Positions 22,424-34,603 of a DNA stretch of 64,000 bases are shown in pieces. The stretch is from Marsupella aquatica. Its lineage: Eukaryota; Plantae; Marchantiophyta. The number at the start of each line of letters is the position of its first letter. Positions within the stretch are counted from its first letter, which is position 1. The position numbers and the translations under genes are program-made. The notes under the pieces are model-generated. The model was not told the DNA's origin. It worked only from the letters and a program-made list of their open reading frames with translations, and ran no database searches. The stretch is taken from assembly GCA_973895155.1 (NCBI GenBank), contig OZ316893.1, positions 18,011,836 through 18,075,835 on the forward strand, in the 5' to 3' direction.

Positions 22424-25280
22424 CACCTGGAAGGGCTGGGCGGCAACCCTACCGGTGGAGGTGCAACTACATTTTCCACGGGAGGAGGATGCATGCTTTA
22501 CGGCCATGCAGACCAAGAAGTACCAAGGCTTCATGGCCGGATCCGGCTTGGAGGCCTTTGTAAGATTACCATGGCTGAAGCCGGAGGTACCGGAGTCAGA
22601 CCTATTAGAATTCGTGGGGTCATGGGAACCCGAGACCAATTGCACGAGGATATATGGGAGGGATTTCTATCTTACTCCCAAGGTAATTGCCGAAGTGTTT
22701 GGCCTGCCGATAGGCAATAAGACCAAAGTTGATACCAGGAAGACCTTGCCTGACAAGGAGTTCCGGTCGTTCCCCGGGCCATCAACGAAGAATGGCTTCT
22801 TTCGGAACACCTGCACCAACCCGCACATAGGAGAGATGATCAACTTCTTGCGGGTGACCATGCAGTGTAACTTGCCAAGGGCAGAGATCGGCAAGGCACA
22901 GGTCTATCTGGCAGAAAGGCCAGACCCAAGCCGGGACTACAACGGGTACCTCCTCAACCAATTGAAGAAGATCTTAAAGGAGGAGCAGCAGGTAATCGGC
23001 ATGGGGAGCGTGTCGCGGCTTGGCTATCACATGCCGCTGTTGTGCCGGTATGCCAGAGGTCAGACTTTTGCCCCGGTACTTCCCCTGCAGGTAAGGGCAC
23101 CCGAGGAAGCTCCAACACCGAGGCCGTTGGCTGAGAAGCCTCAACCACCTGTTAGTCCTACGATCGAGCAGGTGTTTAGGCCCAGGAAGGAAGACTTGCC
23201 GATGCAGCAACCAGGCATGCAGAGTCTGCTGAAACTACTGGAGAAAGAAAAGAAATCGGCATCGGCAACAACAACGGCAACGGCAACAATGCAGGACACT
23301 ACTACAGAGGTAGGCCTACACCGACTCACAAGAGAAAACCCCTTTGCTGGAGACAAGGAGAGAATCAGGCCAGAATCCAAGCCAGGTGTTCGAATGTACG
23401 TGGGAACCTCAAGCTCCGAATCTGAGGCAGAATTGCCTGAAGCTCCTACCGACGAAGAGGAGAGGGAGAAGCCGGACGTCCAAGAGGTAGAGGAGGCAGT
23501 GGAGGACTGCAGCCATGATAATTCCGGCTATGGGTCGGACCATCACGTTCCAGGAGTAAGGACCTATGGCCGGTTTGTCCCCACACTTCCAAGGGTAGTG
23601 CGAGGGGACCCCAACCAGCAGAGTAGCCCTGAGTCTCCCCCACCAGATGTTGCTCCCCCGAGCTTCGACGGCATAAAACAGACGGTGCAGGAATTTCAGG
23701 AGCGAATCAAGCAGGAGGAAGAGGCCGCCCTAGCTAAGGAAAAGGATTTACCAGGAGGAGATTGGCCGGAGGACATCAGGCGGCTAGCCGAAAAAGGAAG
23801 CAAACCTCTAGCCACGATTGAAGAGATCCGCAGGACGGCTTGGGAGCAGAGGCCACGATGGGCGATGCCGATCACTTCTACTTACTCCACCTACGCTAAG
23901 AATAGAGCCATGGAGTATGGTGAGATGTGTGGGGAACTTGCGCTCGGCATCTTTGGAGAGGAGTTGGAGGTAGGACCCTTTTTCCATAGGGAGCAGTTGG
24001 AGAAGCACCAATTAGAAGAAGCGGTGGCTTTAGAGAGAAGCAAGAAGGACGAGGTCATTCGGCGGCTTAGGAGGATGGAAGCCGAGATTGAAGATCTAAG
24101 GGCGGCCAAGAAAGCCCAAGATGAACTGCGGATTAAACGACATGAGCTGAACATCATGCAGGGGCAGTTGGACACCGCGCAGGCTGATAATCAGAATATC
24201 AAGGATAAACTGACTCAGACGCAGGAAGAGTTGGCCGACACGATCAAAGAGAGGGAGAAGTGGAAGCAAGAGCTGAAGAATACAGAGGAGGCCCACATAA
24301 CAGCCAACAGCCGGGCCATGGCGGAGACCCAAAGAAAGGAATGGGCGTTGAAAGGGGAGCTCGAGAAAATCCGCGGAGCCCTTGAGCAGAAGGAGGTCGA
24401 GTTAGGGAAATCCTATCAAGGGATTATGGCACTGCAGCAGGAGCTTGCGTCCCTGACGGCCAGCTTCAAGGCCGACCTAAGGGAGAAGGACGAGATGCTC
24501 GAACAGACTTACGCCAAGATGAACCAGATGGAGTCTGTCATCATTGCAGAGCTCGACAAGGAGCTAAGAGCAACCCAGGAGGAGAGGGCTACCTTGAAGA
24601 AGGAATTGGAGGAAGCCCACAGGGAGCAAGAGGAGGCCAAAAACGAGCTGGAGGGGGCACGTAAGGACCTGGATGAAACCCAAGAGGAGTTGGAGGAAAT
24701 CACGAGGAAGATGGAGAACCTACAGCGGCGGGCCGACAACCAAACTGAGCGGCTGAAGAAACAAGCCGCAGTATTTAAATGCTTAGCTGCAGCAGGTCCA
24801 TCTCCCATTGGGACAAACCAGTTACCAGGGGTGGTAATTGCCGAAGGACAAGCCGCGCCACCTGCACCAGTGCCGGAAGTAAGTGGGAAGGGGAAGGGAC
24901 CAGCTGCCGAGCCACCAACGAAGAAGAAGCGGAAACCTTCAGGGTCAAGGAGTAATACGACTTCACAGGCCGTGGTGATCAAGGAGGTAGACCCAGCACC
25001 GACCCCAGATAGGGTCACGGCTAAGGATCCAACTACCCTAGGGGAAGGGGAGGCCGAAGCCGAGGGAGTGGCTGAGGCCGAAGCCGTGGGAGTGGCTGAG
25101 GCCGAAGCCGTGGGTATTGCCGAGGCCGGTGTCGAGGCTGAAGCCGAAGGTGGACCCAGTCAGGCCGATGGAGAGTTGACTCGGTCAAGGGCAGGTAATC
25201 TGTCAGTAGGCGGGCCAACGGCAGTGGCTGAGGAGGAAGTGTTGGGGGCGTCCATTGAGGATCCACCACCGGTGTCGTGA
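22302..25280 (+). CDS. LTR-A-encoded protein: plant-mobile-domain-like core, Pro/acidic linker, long coiled coil, basic NLS-like patch
   Basis: 992-aa ORF. GLEAFVRLPW..LLEFVGSWEPETN..LTPKVIAEVFGLPIG resembles PMD/plant transposon protein motifs. About 260 aa of heptad-rich E/K/Q sequence and KKKRK. Confidence 0.8.
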   Translation: MKPPRQKERGRRHQRSQPSRRQGEAEEEEVDPIKAIPTRDDTWKGWAATLPVEVQLHFPREEDACFTAMQTKKYQGFMAGSGLEAFVRLPWLKPEVPESDLLEFVGSWEPETNCTRIYGRDFYLTPKVIAEVFGLPIGNKTKVDTRKTLPDKEFRSFPGPSTKNGFFRNTCTNPHIGEMINFLRVTMQCNLPRAEIGKAQVYLAERPDPSRDYNGYLLNQLKKILKEEQQVIGMGSVSRLGYHMPLLCRYARGQTFAPVLPLQVRAPEEAPTPRPLAEKPQPPVSPTIEQVFRPRKEDLPMQQPGMQSLLKLLEKEKKSASATTTATATMQDTTTEVGLHRLTRENPFAGDKERIRPESKPGVRMYVGTSSSESEAELPEAPTDEEEREKPDVQEVEEAVEDCSHDNSGYGSDHHVPGVRTYGRFVPTLPRVVRGDPNQQSSPESPPPDVAPPSFDGIKQTVQEFQERIKQEEEAALAKEKDLPGGDWPEDIRRLAEKGSKPLATIEEIRRTAWEQRPRWAMPITSTYSTYAKNRAMEYGEMCGELALGIFGEELEVGPFFHREQLEKHQLEEAVALERSKKDEVIRRLRRMEAEIEDLRAAKKAQDELRIKRHELNIMQGQLDTAQADNQNIKDKLTQTQEELADTIKEREKWKQELKNTEEAHITANSRAMAETQRKEWALKGELEKIRGALEQKEVELGKSYQGIMALQQELASLTASFKADLREKDEMLEQTYAKMNQMESVIIAELDKELRATQEERATLKKELEEAHREQEEAKNELEGARKDLDETQEELEEITRKMENLQRRADNQTERLKKQAAVFKCLAAAGPSPIGTNQLPGVVIAEGQAAPPAPVPEVSGKGKGPAAEPPTKKKRKPSGSRSNTTSQAVVIKEVDPAPTPDRVTAKDPTTLGEGEAEAEGVAEAEAVGVAEAEAVGIAEAGVEAEAEGGPSQADGELTRSRAGNLSVGGPTAVAEEEVLGASIEDPPPVS

Positions 25281-26205
25281 CGGTGCAAGGGCGCCGTTCC
25301 TTTTAGGGAGGGCGGACGTGGAGGGAGGAGGCGTGAGTGGGCAGGGCGGGCACGGATCTCCACGTTTAGGATTAGGATTAGAACCAGGAGCGGCCCTGAC
25401 ACTTAGCTTAGTGGGATTGCGGTTCCACTGGTAGGAGCAACACTTGTGCTCCTGCCTTGCTGTACATAGGTAGATTCGGGCAAGTAGATTACTGTCAGGT
25501 AGATTAGGCTTACGATGCAAAGAATGGCGGATCCACTACCAGGATAAGTACCTGGGCAGCGGGGAGCTCAGGGCCTCTTCTTTAGCAAGTTTTTAGTTTG
25601 CACCAGCCGGGCTGGGATCAAGTAGTACGAGAAGCTCTCGGTTAGTCATACAGTGACCCTTGTGTATATTCATGTTTCCTCATGCCTAAGAGCTGAATAG
25701 AGTTGGCCTCACGGCTTAGTTCGCAGAACTTGTGTATGAGATGTACTGTTTGTATGGCAAGTGCATGGTATGACTCAGTCAGAATGAGTCATTTTGCTAT
25801 TTGTGTGTCGCATTAACTTGTGTGAAGAGTGCCCACATCAACAGAAGGAAGGAAAGTAAGCAGGGGAGTGAGAGTTGGATGTGTCGAGCTGAGAGAGGTC
25901 TTAGCGGCTTAACCAAGCCTATTGGGGATCATTCCGGCGGCGGAATCCAAACATACCTAACAAGACGGAGGGGAAGACAGGGGAAGACAGGGGAAGGCCT
26001 ATATTAGGCCGGCTACGTATCTCATGACCCGATGAAGGATCTGTCCAGTATATGTGTGTAAAATGTTAATAGTAGTAGTAGAAGGTTAGCAGCGTCCCAT
26101 GCCGCTAAGCCGCGGAAACGGCCTCGCCAAGCACGAAACCTGCGGGAATCGGCTTGAGCTGGGGGGTTTCTTGGGTTTAGGGAGCCATGGGACGCACCAC
26201 ATTTT

Positions 26206-26223
26206 TGGCGCTAGATGGAGGGG
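26206..26223 (+). promoter_or_regulatory. Primer-binding site of element A, tRNA-Asn-like
   Basis: TGGCGCTAGATGGAGGGG 4 nt after the LTR end, identical to the element B PBS. Confidence 0.85.
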
Positions 26224-26270
26224 GCATTTCTTAAGCCGTGAGATATGAAGTTAGAACGGAAGCGTAGGTA

Positions 26271-29264
26271 ATGACTGACCTTATGCCGAGGGAAGAAAGA
26301 GTGATTCAACGGGAGAGAGCTCGACTGCAGCAGCTCGCCGGGTGGCATGATACACAGCGACTGAGAGGGGCAGAAAGAGCTGGTAGCTCCGAAACTGGAA
26401 GTGGCGTCGAAGAAGACATACCAGAAGAAGAGTCGGTAAGGAGAAGTGAGTCTCCAACCGACATGGGGGAACCAGAGGCACGGCCAGACGAGAGGCCAGG
26501 GACCAGATTGAGCCAGCGGTCGCGCATACATTACAAGGCATTTCATGGGAGAGGAGATGAGGATCCGGACGAATGGTTGGATGATTTCGAGGGAACCGCT
26601 GCAGCAAATGGAGAATCGGCCATCAAGATGCAGATTCTTCCCGGCCTGTTCAAGGGTGAGGCTAGGCCTTGGTACAGAGCATTAGATGTGGAAGATCAAG
26701 CCATCTGGGATATCTTCAAAACACTCTTTGTTAAGGAGTTTCGACCCATTGGAACTTCAGAACTAGCAGTGCTGAAGTTGGGACAACTTCGGTTCAAGGA
26801 GAACAAATCCTTCAGGAAGTTCTTGCAACGCTTTCAGAAACTGGTAAGACGTACAAAGACCAATGCATCTGAAGGTATGCAACTTCAATGGTTGGTGAAT
26901 GCTTTGCCATAGAAGATGAGTTTTGCAATTAGGAAGGAGAACCCGGAGACTTTAGCCGAAGCAATTAAGGATATTCAATTATACATTAATGCAGATATCA
27001 CAAGCCGGAAGAAACAGCTTAAGTCTGAGAGTTCCTCATCAGAGGAGGGATCACCCCATAAGAAAAAAGATAAGAAGAAGAAACATTCCAAGAAGTCTAG
27101 AAGTGATAAGTCAAGCTCGGATAGTGGGAGTAGCAAGAGTGAGTCATCTTCTAGTTCTGAAGAAGAAAAAACTAGGAAAAGGAAGGGCAGAAGGAGAGGG
27201 AAGACGAAAGTCAAGATGGAGGCTAAGCCACCAGATAACATCGTAGCCCTTACCGAGCAACTTAAGGCTATCATTGCAGAGGTAAAACCAAGGAAGAAGG
27301 TAGTACAGGAGGATAGCTCTGTATGGTGTGCCTTATGTTATAAAACCGGACACCATAAAGATGCGTGTCCTAAGCTTAATACTAATCATGTTCGGCATGT
27401 GGCCGAGATCAGACCATGTCAGGGAGAAGTAGAGTACTTTTTGGGAGATGCCGCTGATAGTGTTTTCGGCATCAGTGAGACTGGAGCACGAGACCTATCC
27501 AACAGACCTGCATCTGTGTGGTCAGGGTTAAGGAACAATCCAGGAGAGATGTATCCTTGTATTATTCAGAACCCGTCAGTACCTCCTAGGCCGAATGTGC
27601 AAAGATTTGCGGCGTGCTATAATTGTGGTCAACCTGGCCATTTTGCTAGAGAATGCCCGAATGCACGCAAACAGGGTGATGGACAACCAGCTCAGCTATG
27701 TATGGGATGCCGACAGGAAGGTCATATGCTAGGGCAATGTCCTACTTGGTTGGCAGGCCTGGCCGCAAATCATAAGCTTTTGCCGATCAAGATCTTACCG
27801 CCAGGTACTACCCCCGGAGGAGTTCAAATCAACCACATCGAACTAGGATGGCAAGAGGATGCCGAGGCAGAGTTCGTACCATCTGCTGATGAGGCCGAAG
27901 CCCTATCAACCTTCTCAGAGGAGGATTTAGATCATGATTGCTACCGGGTCTCTACTCGATCTACCAGAAGGAAGGAAAGGTGGGATGGGCTGGCCAAAAA
28001 TAAAGGGAAGGTTACGGAGGAAAGGATCGACTCTTCGTCAACATCAACAGAAGGAGAAGGGAGGGCTCCGGCAATACAGGTAAGCCATGAGCCCACCAGT
28101 GAAACCAATCCTTCACAAGATAGCGACTTCAATCGAGATCATCCTAAGTTGTTCTACCCCTCTATTACGGCTAGTGTTAAGGAACAACTAAGAGAATTAG
28201 AAACCCTGGAGAATACCGAAGCCATTGCCAAGGATGTAAAACGAGCAAAAGCATTGTTTGCTTCGGAAGACCCAACAGCTGTGGAGACTAGCGTGGCAAA
28301 ACTGGCCGAATCCAAGACGGAAACACCACCAGAAGAGAAGCCGATTGTTCCCTATGACCTGGCTAAAGATGTACTAGAATCTAGAGTCTCGGCAACAGTA
28401 GGTCAACTATTGAAAAATAGCCCGTACTTCCGGAAGCAATTAAGGAAGGCTATTCTCGGCAAGCCGAGATTACCCAAGGTAGCAACCAGATCCGACGTAC
28501 TAATGATAGAAGAAGATCAAGGAGCCCCAGCATTACCATTAATGATTCAAGGAGAATTATTACTACGGGTACCCATCGATGGAGGATCAGGGGTATGTAT
28601 TATGATTGATTCAACAGCAAAAGGGTGGGGTCTAACACCGGAGATGACTGGAAGAGTGTTGAACATGGCCAATGGATATCAGGTCATTCCGACGGGAGTG
28701 TTAACCGGCATCAAGACAGAGATAGGAGGTATCTTCTTTAGCATTAACTATGTAGTAATGAAGCCGGTAAATCCTACGTCATTCCGGCTATTGATTGGTA
28801 GGCCATGGCTGTACCTAGCCGAGGTAATAGAAGATTGGGGTAAAAAGCAGTTCACTTTCGGGACCCCCTCTATCACGGTATCCTGGGACACTAAGGATGA
28901 CCGTAGGAAAAGCATAAGGGAAGTAGATGGGTACGACAGTGGACTGGAGTCAGCCGATGAAGTACGTTGGTTAGAATGCCTCACTAACCTAACCGAAGAA
29001 GGTGTCTTTGGACCAGAGGTACCCCCCAGCGGATTATGGCAAGAACCAATGGAAGGTGACTTGGAAGAAGAAGACGAAGAGGTCGAGGACTGCTTTACAA
29101 TAGAATCCACCTTTTTAGCTGCAATTCCGGAGGAAGTAAAGGATGTAGACCAATTGGATGAAACGGCTAAGTGGGGAGCAGTAGCAGGGACAGTGGATTT
29201 TCTGCAGGCGTTGTGGCAGAGCCGACGGGGTCCACAACGCCATCGATCATCGGCAAGGAATTAA
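26271..29264 (+). pseudogene. gag: Element A gag-protease, with one in-frame TAG at 26910-26912
   Basis: Capsid-like FHGRGDEDPDEWLDDF..ARPWY, three CX2CX4HX4C knuckles, protease PIDGGSGVCIM and LLIGRPWL. Confidence 0.88.
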
Positions 29265-29946
29265 ATACCAAGGGATCGGCATACAAGCCGATTACGAGGG
29301 CAGAACAAATTGAGGCCCTATTAGAAGCCGAGAGAGCACAGCGGCCTAACTCTCAGGAGCAAGAAGTGGATGAGATGGACAGACACGATCCAGAGCCAAG
29401 GCAGGAAGGGGAGCCGACCACTAATTCAAAACCGAATAGACCGGTAAGGGGACAATCTATGGACACCAAGGAAGGGACCGACTCGGCTAGTCCAGCCAAA
29501 ATCCCAGTTTATGGAGGTATGAGATTAGAGAGACTGGAAGCCGAACTGGACCCGAATTTGAAGAAGCAGATTAATATGATCCAAGCACGGCAATATCGGA
29601 AGCTCGACTTAGGAGAGGGAAGAGAACTGAACTTAGGGAGAAACCTAGCACCTGAGCTCGAGAAAGAGATCAGTGACTTATTGATTGAATTTCAGGATGT
29701 GTTTGCATGGAGTCACCAAGATCTAAAGGGAGTAGATCCAACACTAGGGGAACATCGAATTGATCTCATGTTAGGAGCCAAATCATTTCGACAACCAATT
29801 CGAAGGATGAACCCGAAGTATTCCCTGCTGGTCAAAACAGAAATCGACAAACTAGTGGAAGCTGGATTCATCACTCCAGTCCTGCATTCAGACTGGGTGT
29901 CTCCAATTGTGATAGTTCCCAAGAAAGCTGGACCCGATGGTAAAAG
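29171..29946 (+). pseudogene. pol: Element A pol start (RT N-terminus), truncated
   Basis: FQDVFAWSHQDLKG..EHRIDL..WVSPIVIVPKK, then an abrupt junction to unrelated DNA. Confidence 0.9.
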
Positions 29947-30614
29947 TCACGAATTCTTTCGGATAGAACTCCAAGAACAATACTTGCTCAACACTCACAA
30001 AGGGCAAATGCTATTAATAAGACCATGGAGTATGAGTCCTGTTTTCTTGATACTATGGTCCATGCCCGTCGACAGTTTGACGAGTGTGGCCGTCCGGAGA
30101 GACCCGTGATTGGGTCCAATAGACTAACGGATCATCAAAAGTTCCATGTAAATTCGAACTCAAATCCACTTCTAGCTCGAGATTGTCTCGAGCCTCGAGG
30201 TCAAGTTTCTGTATTTGATTTATCTTCATGTATTCTCCCATAAATTTGACCATAGTTCCTTAATTCTACCTCAAGATCGTCTCGAGCCTCAGATTTTCTT
30301 TGTACTATTTGGATCAGGATTTTATGGCCCTTGCCAATATAACGATTGGAAAATCTGATCTGAGGAATATTTTTTGGTTGTTGTTTTCGGATGAGAACCT
30401 CTTCCGAACTTGGAGACAAATGTGCATCGATTGGGTCAAGGGACTTCTTCCGGATGGTCTAGGGGAGTTAGGTTCAAAAATAAATGGGAAATCCCGGACA
30501 ACAAAAATGATTACGCCGGCATTGTTTAGATGCTTTGAAGGAGACCTGAGTAGTGACGACATTCTAAAAGTTTTTACTGCCGTTCAACAACAGAAGGTTT
30601 TATTGAAGAAAGAC
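29947..30614 (+). pseudogene. 5' portion of the methyltransferase-like gene, split by element B
   Basis: Frame ...QQQKVLLKKD continues in frame as PANKSDVQSLSDMAHTF after the TSD at 49530. An upstream segment reads RILSDRTPRTILAQHSQRANAINKTMEYESCFLDTMVHARRQF, with an intron or frameshift near 30150-30290. Confidence 0.75.
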
Positions 30615-31513
30615 TGTCACGTCGTCAGCTTCGGCCTTAACTCAGACTTCAGCTTAGACGGGCACATCCCTCGTAAATCTGAGGGTTCGGGCAGGAAGGG
30701 AAGCACGTAATGCACCTTATTCTCATAAACTAGCGCTAAGTGCGCATACTGCTAAATACAGATACCTCCTAGGTATGGTTTGTGTTCCGCCGCCGGAACG
30801 TACCTTAGTCGATAGCAGGATTGACCCTGGCTTAAGGGCTTCTAAGCCTTCATGCTGTCCGCCTTCGATCCGGATTCAATGATACAGGTCCTCAACCCGT
30901 GCTCGCAACCACTTACCCGCAGGCTGCACCCTGTGCACGTCTCGGGTAGTGCGTTCGGCCTGGCGCTGCCACCCATATACGAGAAACCCACACACATACA
31001 CGCGCACATGCATACAATCTTGATTTACACGAAGGAAAATGATGGGAAAGGATTTTACTACAAAGGGAACATATGCGTACACTTAGTTGACCCGACAGCC
31101 CCGGAATGAACAGGTTCAAGGCCGAGGGTGCACACTACAACGGAGCCCGGCTCCGCACTTGCCCGACGAGCTTAGTCCTACCCCCCCCCCTTGGTACTCT
31201 TTCATTCCCAGAGGTCGGGACTCCCCGCATATACCACGGACGTCCAACTCTAAAACTAAAACCCCCCCCCTTGCCTCTACCGAGGGGTGCACTAAATACT
31301 AAGGGCCAAGGGACGGGGTGTCCTCTTGCCGAAGATTCGCTGACTAAGGTCCTAACTAAGCTGACAGTCAGGCCGGAAAACGGCTGTGTCTTATTAGAAG
31401 ATCCTAATCTACGCAGGCTGGACAGCATGGCAGCGCTGCTATACCTAAGGCAGGTGCCTGTCCCAAGAGCCTGACTAAGCCAGTCCTAATCCTAATCTAT
31501 TCCTACTCCGCTG

Positions 31514-34168
31514 CTAATGCCTGGCACGCTTGCCAGAGCCCCCCGAATGGGAACGGCCATCCCCCTGCCTTCGAAGCCTGTCATTGTCTGCCTTGAGGAG
31601 CTGGACCTGGTCCAGCAGAGATTCGTTCTCTCGCCTCGCCGCGTCCGTCTCCTCTGCTGCCTCCTGACATGCCTCCTCCAGCTGTTGGGCGTCGCTCGTC
31701 AGTTTACCCGCCAGCTGGTCCTGCTTCTCGGCCTCGGTTTGGAGCCGCGCCACCTCGGCCTGCAGCGTGGCTATCTCCGCCGTGTCCCGCTGGGCCCGTT
31801 CCTCGGTCTCCTCCAGGTCTTTCTGCCAGGTGATAGTTTGATTCTTCAAACTGTCAATCTGGTTCTGGAGTCGTGTAATCTCGGCCTCGTTCCCAGCTTT
31901 GGCCTGTTCGGCTAGGGCGGTAAGAGCGTGCGCCTTTGCTAACAACTCATTGGCGGCTGCAACCTTGGGTCATAGTTGCAGAAGCTCAGCCTCTTGAGCT
32001 GCAACTTTGTTCTTTAGGTACACGGACTCCACCCGCTACCGCTCTATCCTCTGAAGGGCCTCTGACTGGGCCCGACCTGCCTTTACTGCGGCAACCAACT
32101 CCTGATTGAAGAAACAAGCTACCTTCCGGGCCATGAACTCCCCGGTATCCCGGGAAATTTGATGAGAGAAATCTCCCAGAAGCCCGTTCAGAAATGTACC
32201 CGGTACAAAGAGTTCCGGGTGGTCCAGGTTGTGCCTGTCCGGAGTTGGGCATGGGCAGACGTCAACACGCGCGGGGGCCGCGGCAGTGATGTCCAGCCCT
32301 GGGGACGTAACGTTGGAAGGGGCTGGAGTGTCCTCCTGCAGCAATGTCCGGTTCTCCGGAATAGCCACCGGTGGGTCTTTGGGAGACCCGGGCTCGGGTA
32401 AGACCTCCGCCGTACCGACTTCTGTACTTAGCCCGGCTTGTTGGGTCGCATCAACAGTTGTGACAACCGACCCATCCGGTACCTCCTCGGTTACGACTAT
32501 AGCTACTTGTGGAGGTGGGGTGGGTGAAGCTGGCGTGTCCGCTGGACTTCGGGCCTCGGGTTGGGGCCGTCTCTCCAAGGCCGGGAAAACCCACCTAGCT
32601 GGGACCAGCTTTGTAACGTTGACACGGGGAAGGATTCGTCGATCAAACCGAGCGTACCACTCAAGAATGATCTCGATGTGGCTAGCGAAATACGCCTTCC
32701 CGCCAATGTACAGCGTCTTCCTTCGCCGCTCCATCTCTTCATGGAATTTCTTAGCGAAGTACGACGCCCACTTCCTAGGTCGATAGTTCTTGACCTGGAT
32801 AACTTGGGCGGCGGAGATCTCCCCCCGGGGTTCCATCATGTGGAGGGCGTACCTCTGGAACTCCAGTCGCTCAGCTATCTCAGGGATGAGGCAGGTCCTC
32901 ATCACGAACCCGTTGTCCACTGCTCCCTCTGAGGGAAAACTTGAAGATTGGTACTTGGCTCCCTTGTCCCCGGGAGCCCGTGATTCGACTCGATGGTCAC
33001 CTTCGGGTAACCCGAAGATCATCCTGAGCCGTTCTTCCGTGAGAGACATACTCCTTCCCCGCAGCCGAGTATGTTGACGCGCGTCGTCATAATTCCTGAC
33101 AAACTCCGTCATGTCCTCCCCGTAGTACCTGCAAGTGTTCCAGGGGAGGGAGGCGAGGTGCTCGAATCCCTGAGTCTTCAGGTACACCGCATGCTTGGGA
33201 TGGAGGATGTTTTTGTGAACGTTTTCCCCCATGCGGTACATCGTCACCTTGGCTACGGCTACCGTGGCCAACGGTAACCCGGATGCAGTGGCGGATTCCT
33301 TCCTCTTCTTCCCCCGTGACTGGCTCGGGGAAGGTGACACTTCCCCATCCTCCCGATTGGGCCTCGGTAGTGCCACTGCCGTTAGTAACAGGCCCGGGGC
33401 GGCCACGGTCACCATGTTGTCTGCCAGGGCCGCTCCTGGGGTCAGGGCAGGGGGTGGGGACGATATAGTATCGGCCCCCTGAGCGCTTGTTCCTCTGGGC
33501 CGCCTGGTCAAGGGTGGGGTAGCCTCGTCGTCATCGCTAAGATCCACAGTGTTGATGACGGAGCGTACTTGTGTTGGCTGGGCGATCGGTGGTGGGGTTT
33601 GGCTAGGCTGCGGCTGAGGCTGAAGCTGAAGCTGAGCCTGAGGTTGAGCCTGAGGTTGCATGGGTACGGGTACGGGTACGGGTTTGACTGAGTTGGTCAT
33701 GTTGGTTGATGGCCGAGTTCCCATGAAGCTCTGTAGGTGCTAGTAGAAGTTCTCCGAAGCGAGTGCAGACGACCTTGTCGAACGGGTAGTGCTGGACTCG
33801 TTGTTGATGATAGCCCGAACCTGAGCAGGGATGTGGTCAAAGTGATGTCGTTGCAAGTCGATCATACCCGGGATATTGAAGACCTCGTCCGGAAGCCAAA
33901 GCAATGCTTCCCAGAAACCGATATATTTGTCTCCGTTGAAGAAGTACCCAGATACCTCTGCTGGTCGGTAAAGCTCGCTCTGAGACGGGTAGTCAAAGTT
34001 AAGGATGTAGTGGTGTCGTCCGGCTAGGCGGATGGCTCTCTCGTATTCGCGTTCGATTTCGTATCGGCGCGGGTTGGCGTGTTTCAATGAGTCGGCCAAG
34101 TGCCTTCCGGTAGATAGGAACTTCGTCCAGAATCGAATGGCCGAGCTGGAGAGGATCGTGTGCGACAT
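31514..34168 (-). pseudogene. LTR-B-encoded ~884-aa protein (unknown N-terminal domain, PMD-like core, coiled coil), broken by three in-frame stops
   Basis: The 142-, 562- and 143-aa ORFs share one frame, and the first stop is CAG in the 5' LTR copy. Core GFEHLASLPW..MTEFVRNYD..LTEERLRMIFGLPEG..NGF aligns with the LTR-A protein. Confidence 0.82.
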
Positions 34169-34270
34169 TCAGAAGAGATAGTAGTGGCGACTTTAGAGCG
34201 AACGAGAGAGCTGGGTTCGAAGCTGGCGCGTGGACTGATGGACTGGTGCACTACAAAGGGTTGGCTCCCC

Positions 34271-34277
34271 TTTTATA
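34271..34277 (-). promoter_or_regulatory. TATA box upstream of the LTR-B gene
   Basis: TATAAAA on minus ~100 nt before the ATG at 34168, conserved at 49164-49170. Confidence 0.55.
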
Positions 34278-34603
34278 CCTTGAGGGCTTGTCGATCCCCC
34301 GACGTCTCCTCGATGCCCATAGGCTGAACCGCTCACGCTTGTGGTGTACCGGCCACTCCGCCGGTCTGAGTCAGCGCGTGTCAGTGGCCACTTCCTTAAG
34401 TTCGTTATACGGACCCGAGGGAGGGGCCTCTCCACGCTCGTAACCCGGGTGTGCGAATAGCGACCCGCTGCCAGTCCGAACCTGAATTCCCCCTTATTGC
34501 CTAATGATGTCCTACCCATAATGATTACCTAAATACTGTCGTTATGCTAATAATAGCGGCCTAAGACACTCCTAACGCGCGTGCTAAGTGCAGTTAGACC
34601 GAA

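Larger units (their letters stand above)
21341..26201 (+). repeat. Element A 5' LTR (~4.86 kb, gene-containing)
   Basis: 3' end fixed by CACA plus PBS, and ~4.5 kb is shared with the inverted copy 51738-56280. The 5' end (TGTACG at 21341) is inferred from the change out of CACTA repeats and is less certain. Confidence 0.78.
21341..29946 (+). mobile_element. Element A: Ty3/Gypsy retrotransposon (5' LTR + gag-pol), truncated within RT
   Basis: LTR end ...GCACCACA, PBS, gag, knuckles, protease and RT start. Homology stops after PKKAGPDGK. Confidence 0.88.

Noticed and set aside
22302-25280. 992-aa coiled-coil ORF as a host myosin/SMC-like gene or an envelope protein
   Set aside because: No motor or ATPase motifs, no signal peptide or transmembrane segment. 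It is intronless and duplicated as part of the LTR.
29947-30109. C-terminus of the 312-aa ORF as part of pol
   Set aside because: It is chimeric read-through across the deletion junction after PDGK.
31106-33482. Numerous plus-strand ORFs across LTR-B, and antisense ORFs over gag/pol elsewhere
   Set aside because: Shadow frames of GC-rich coding sequence on the opposite strand.
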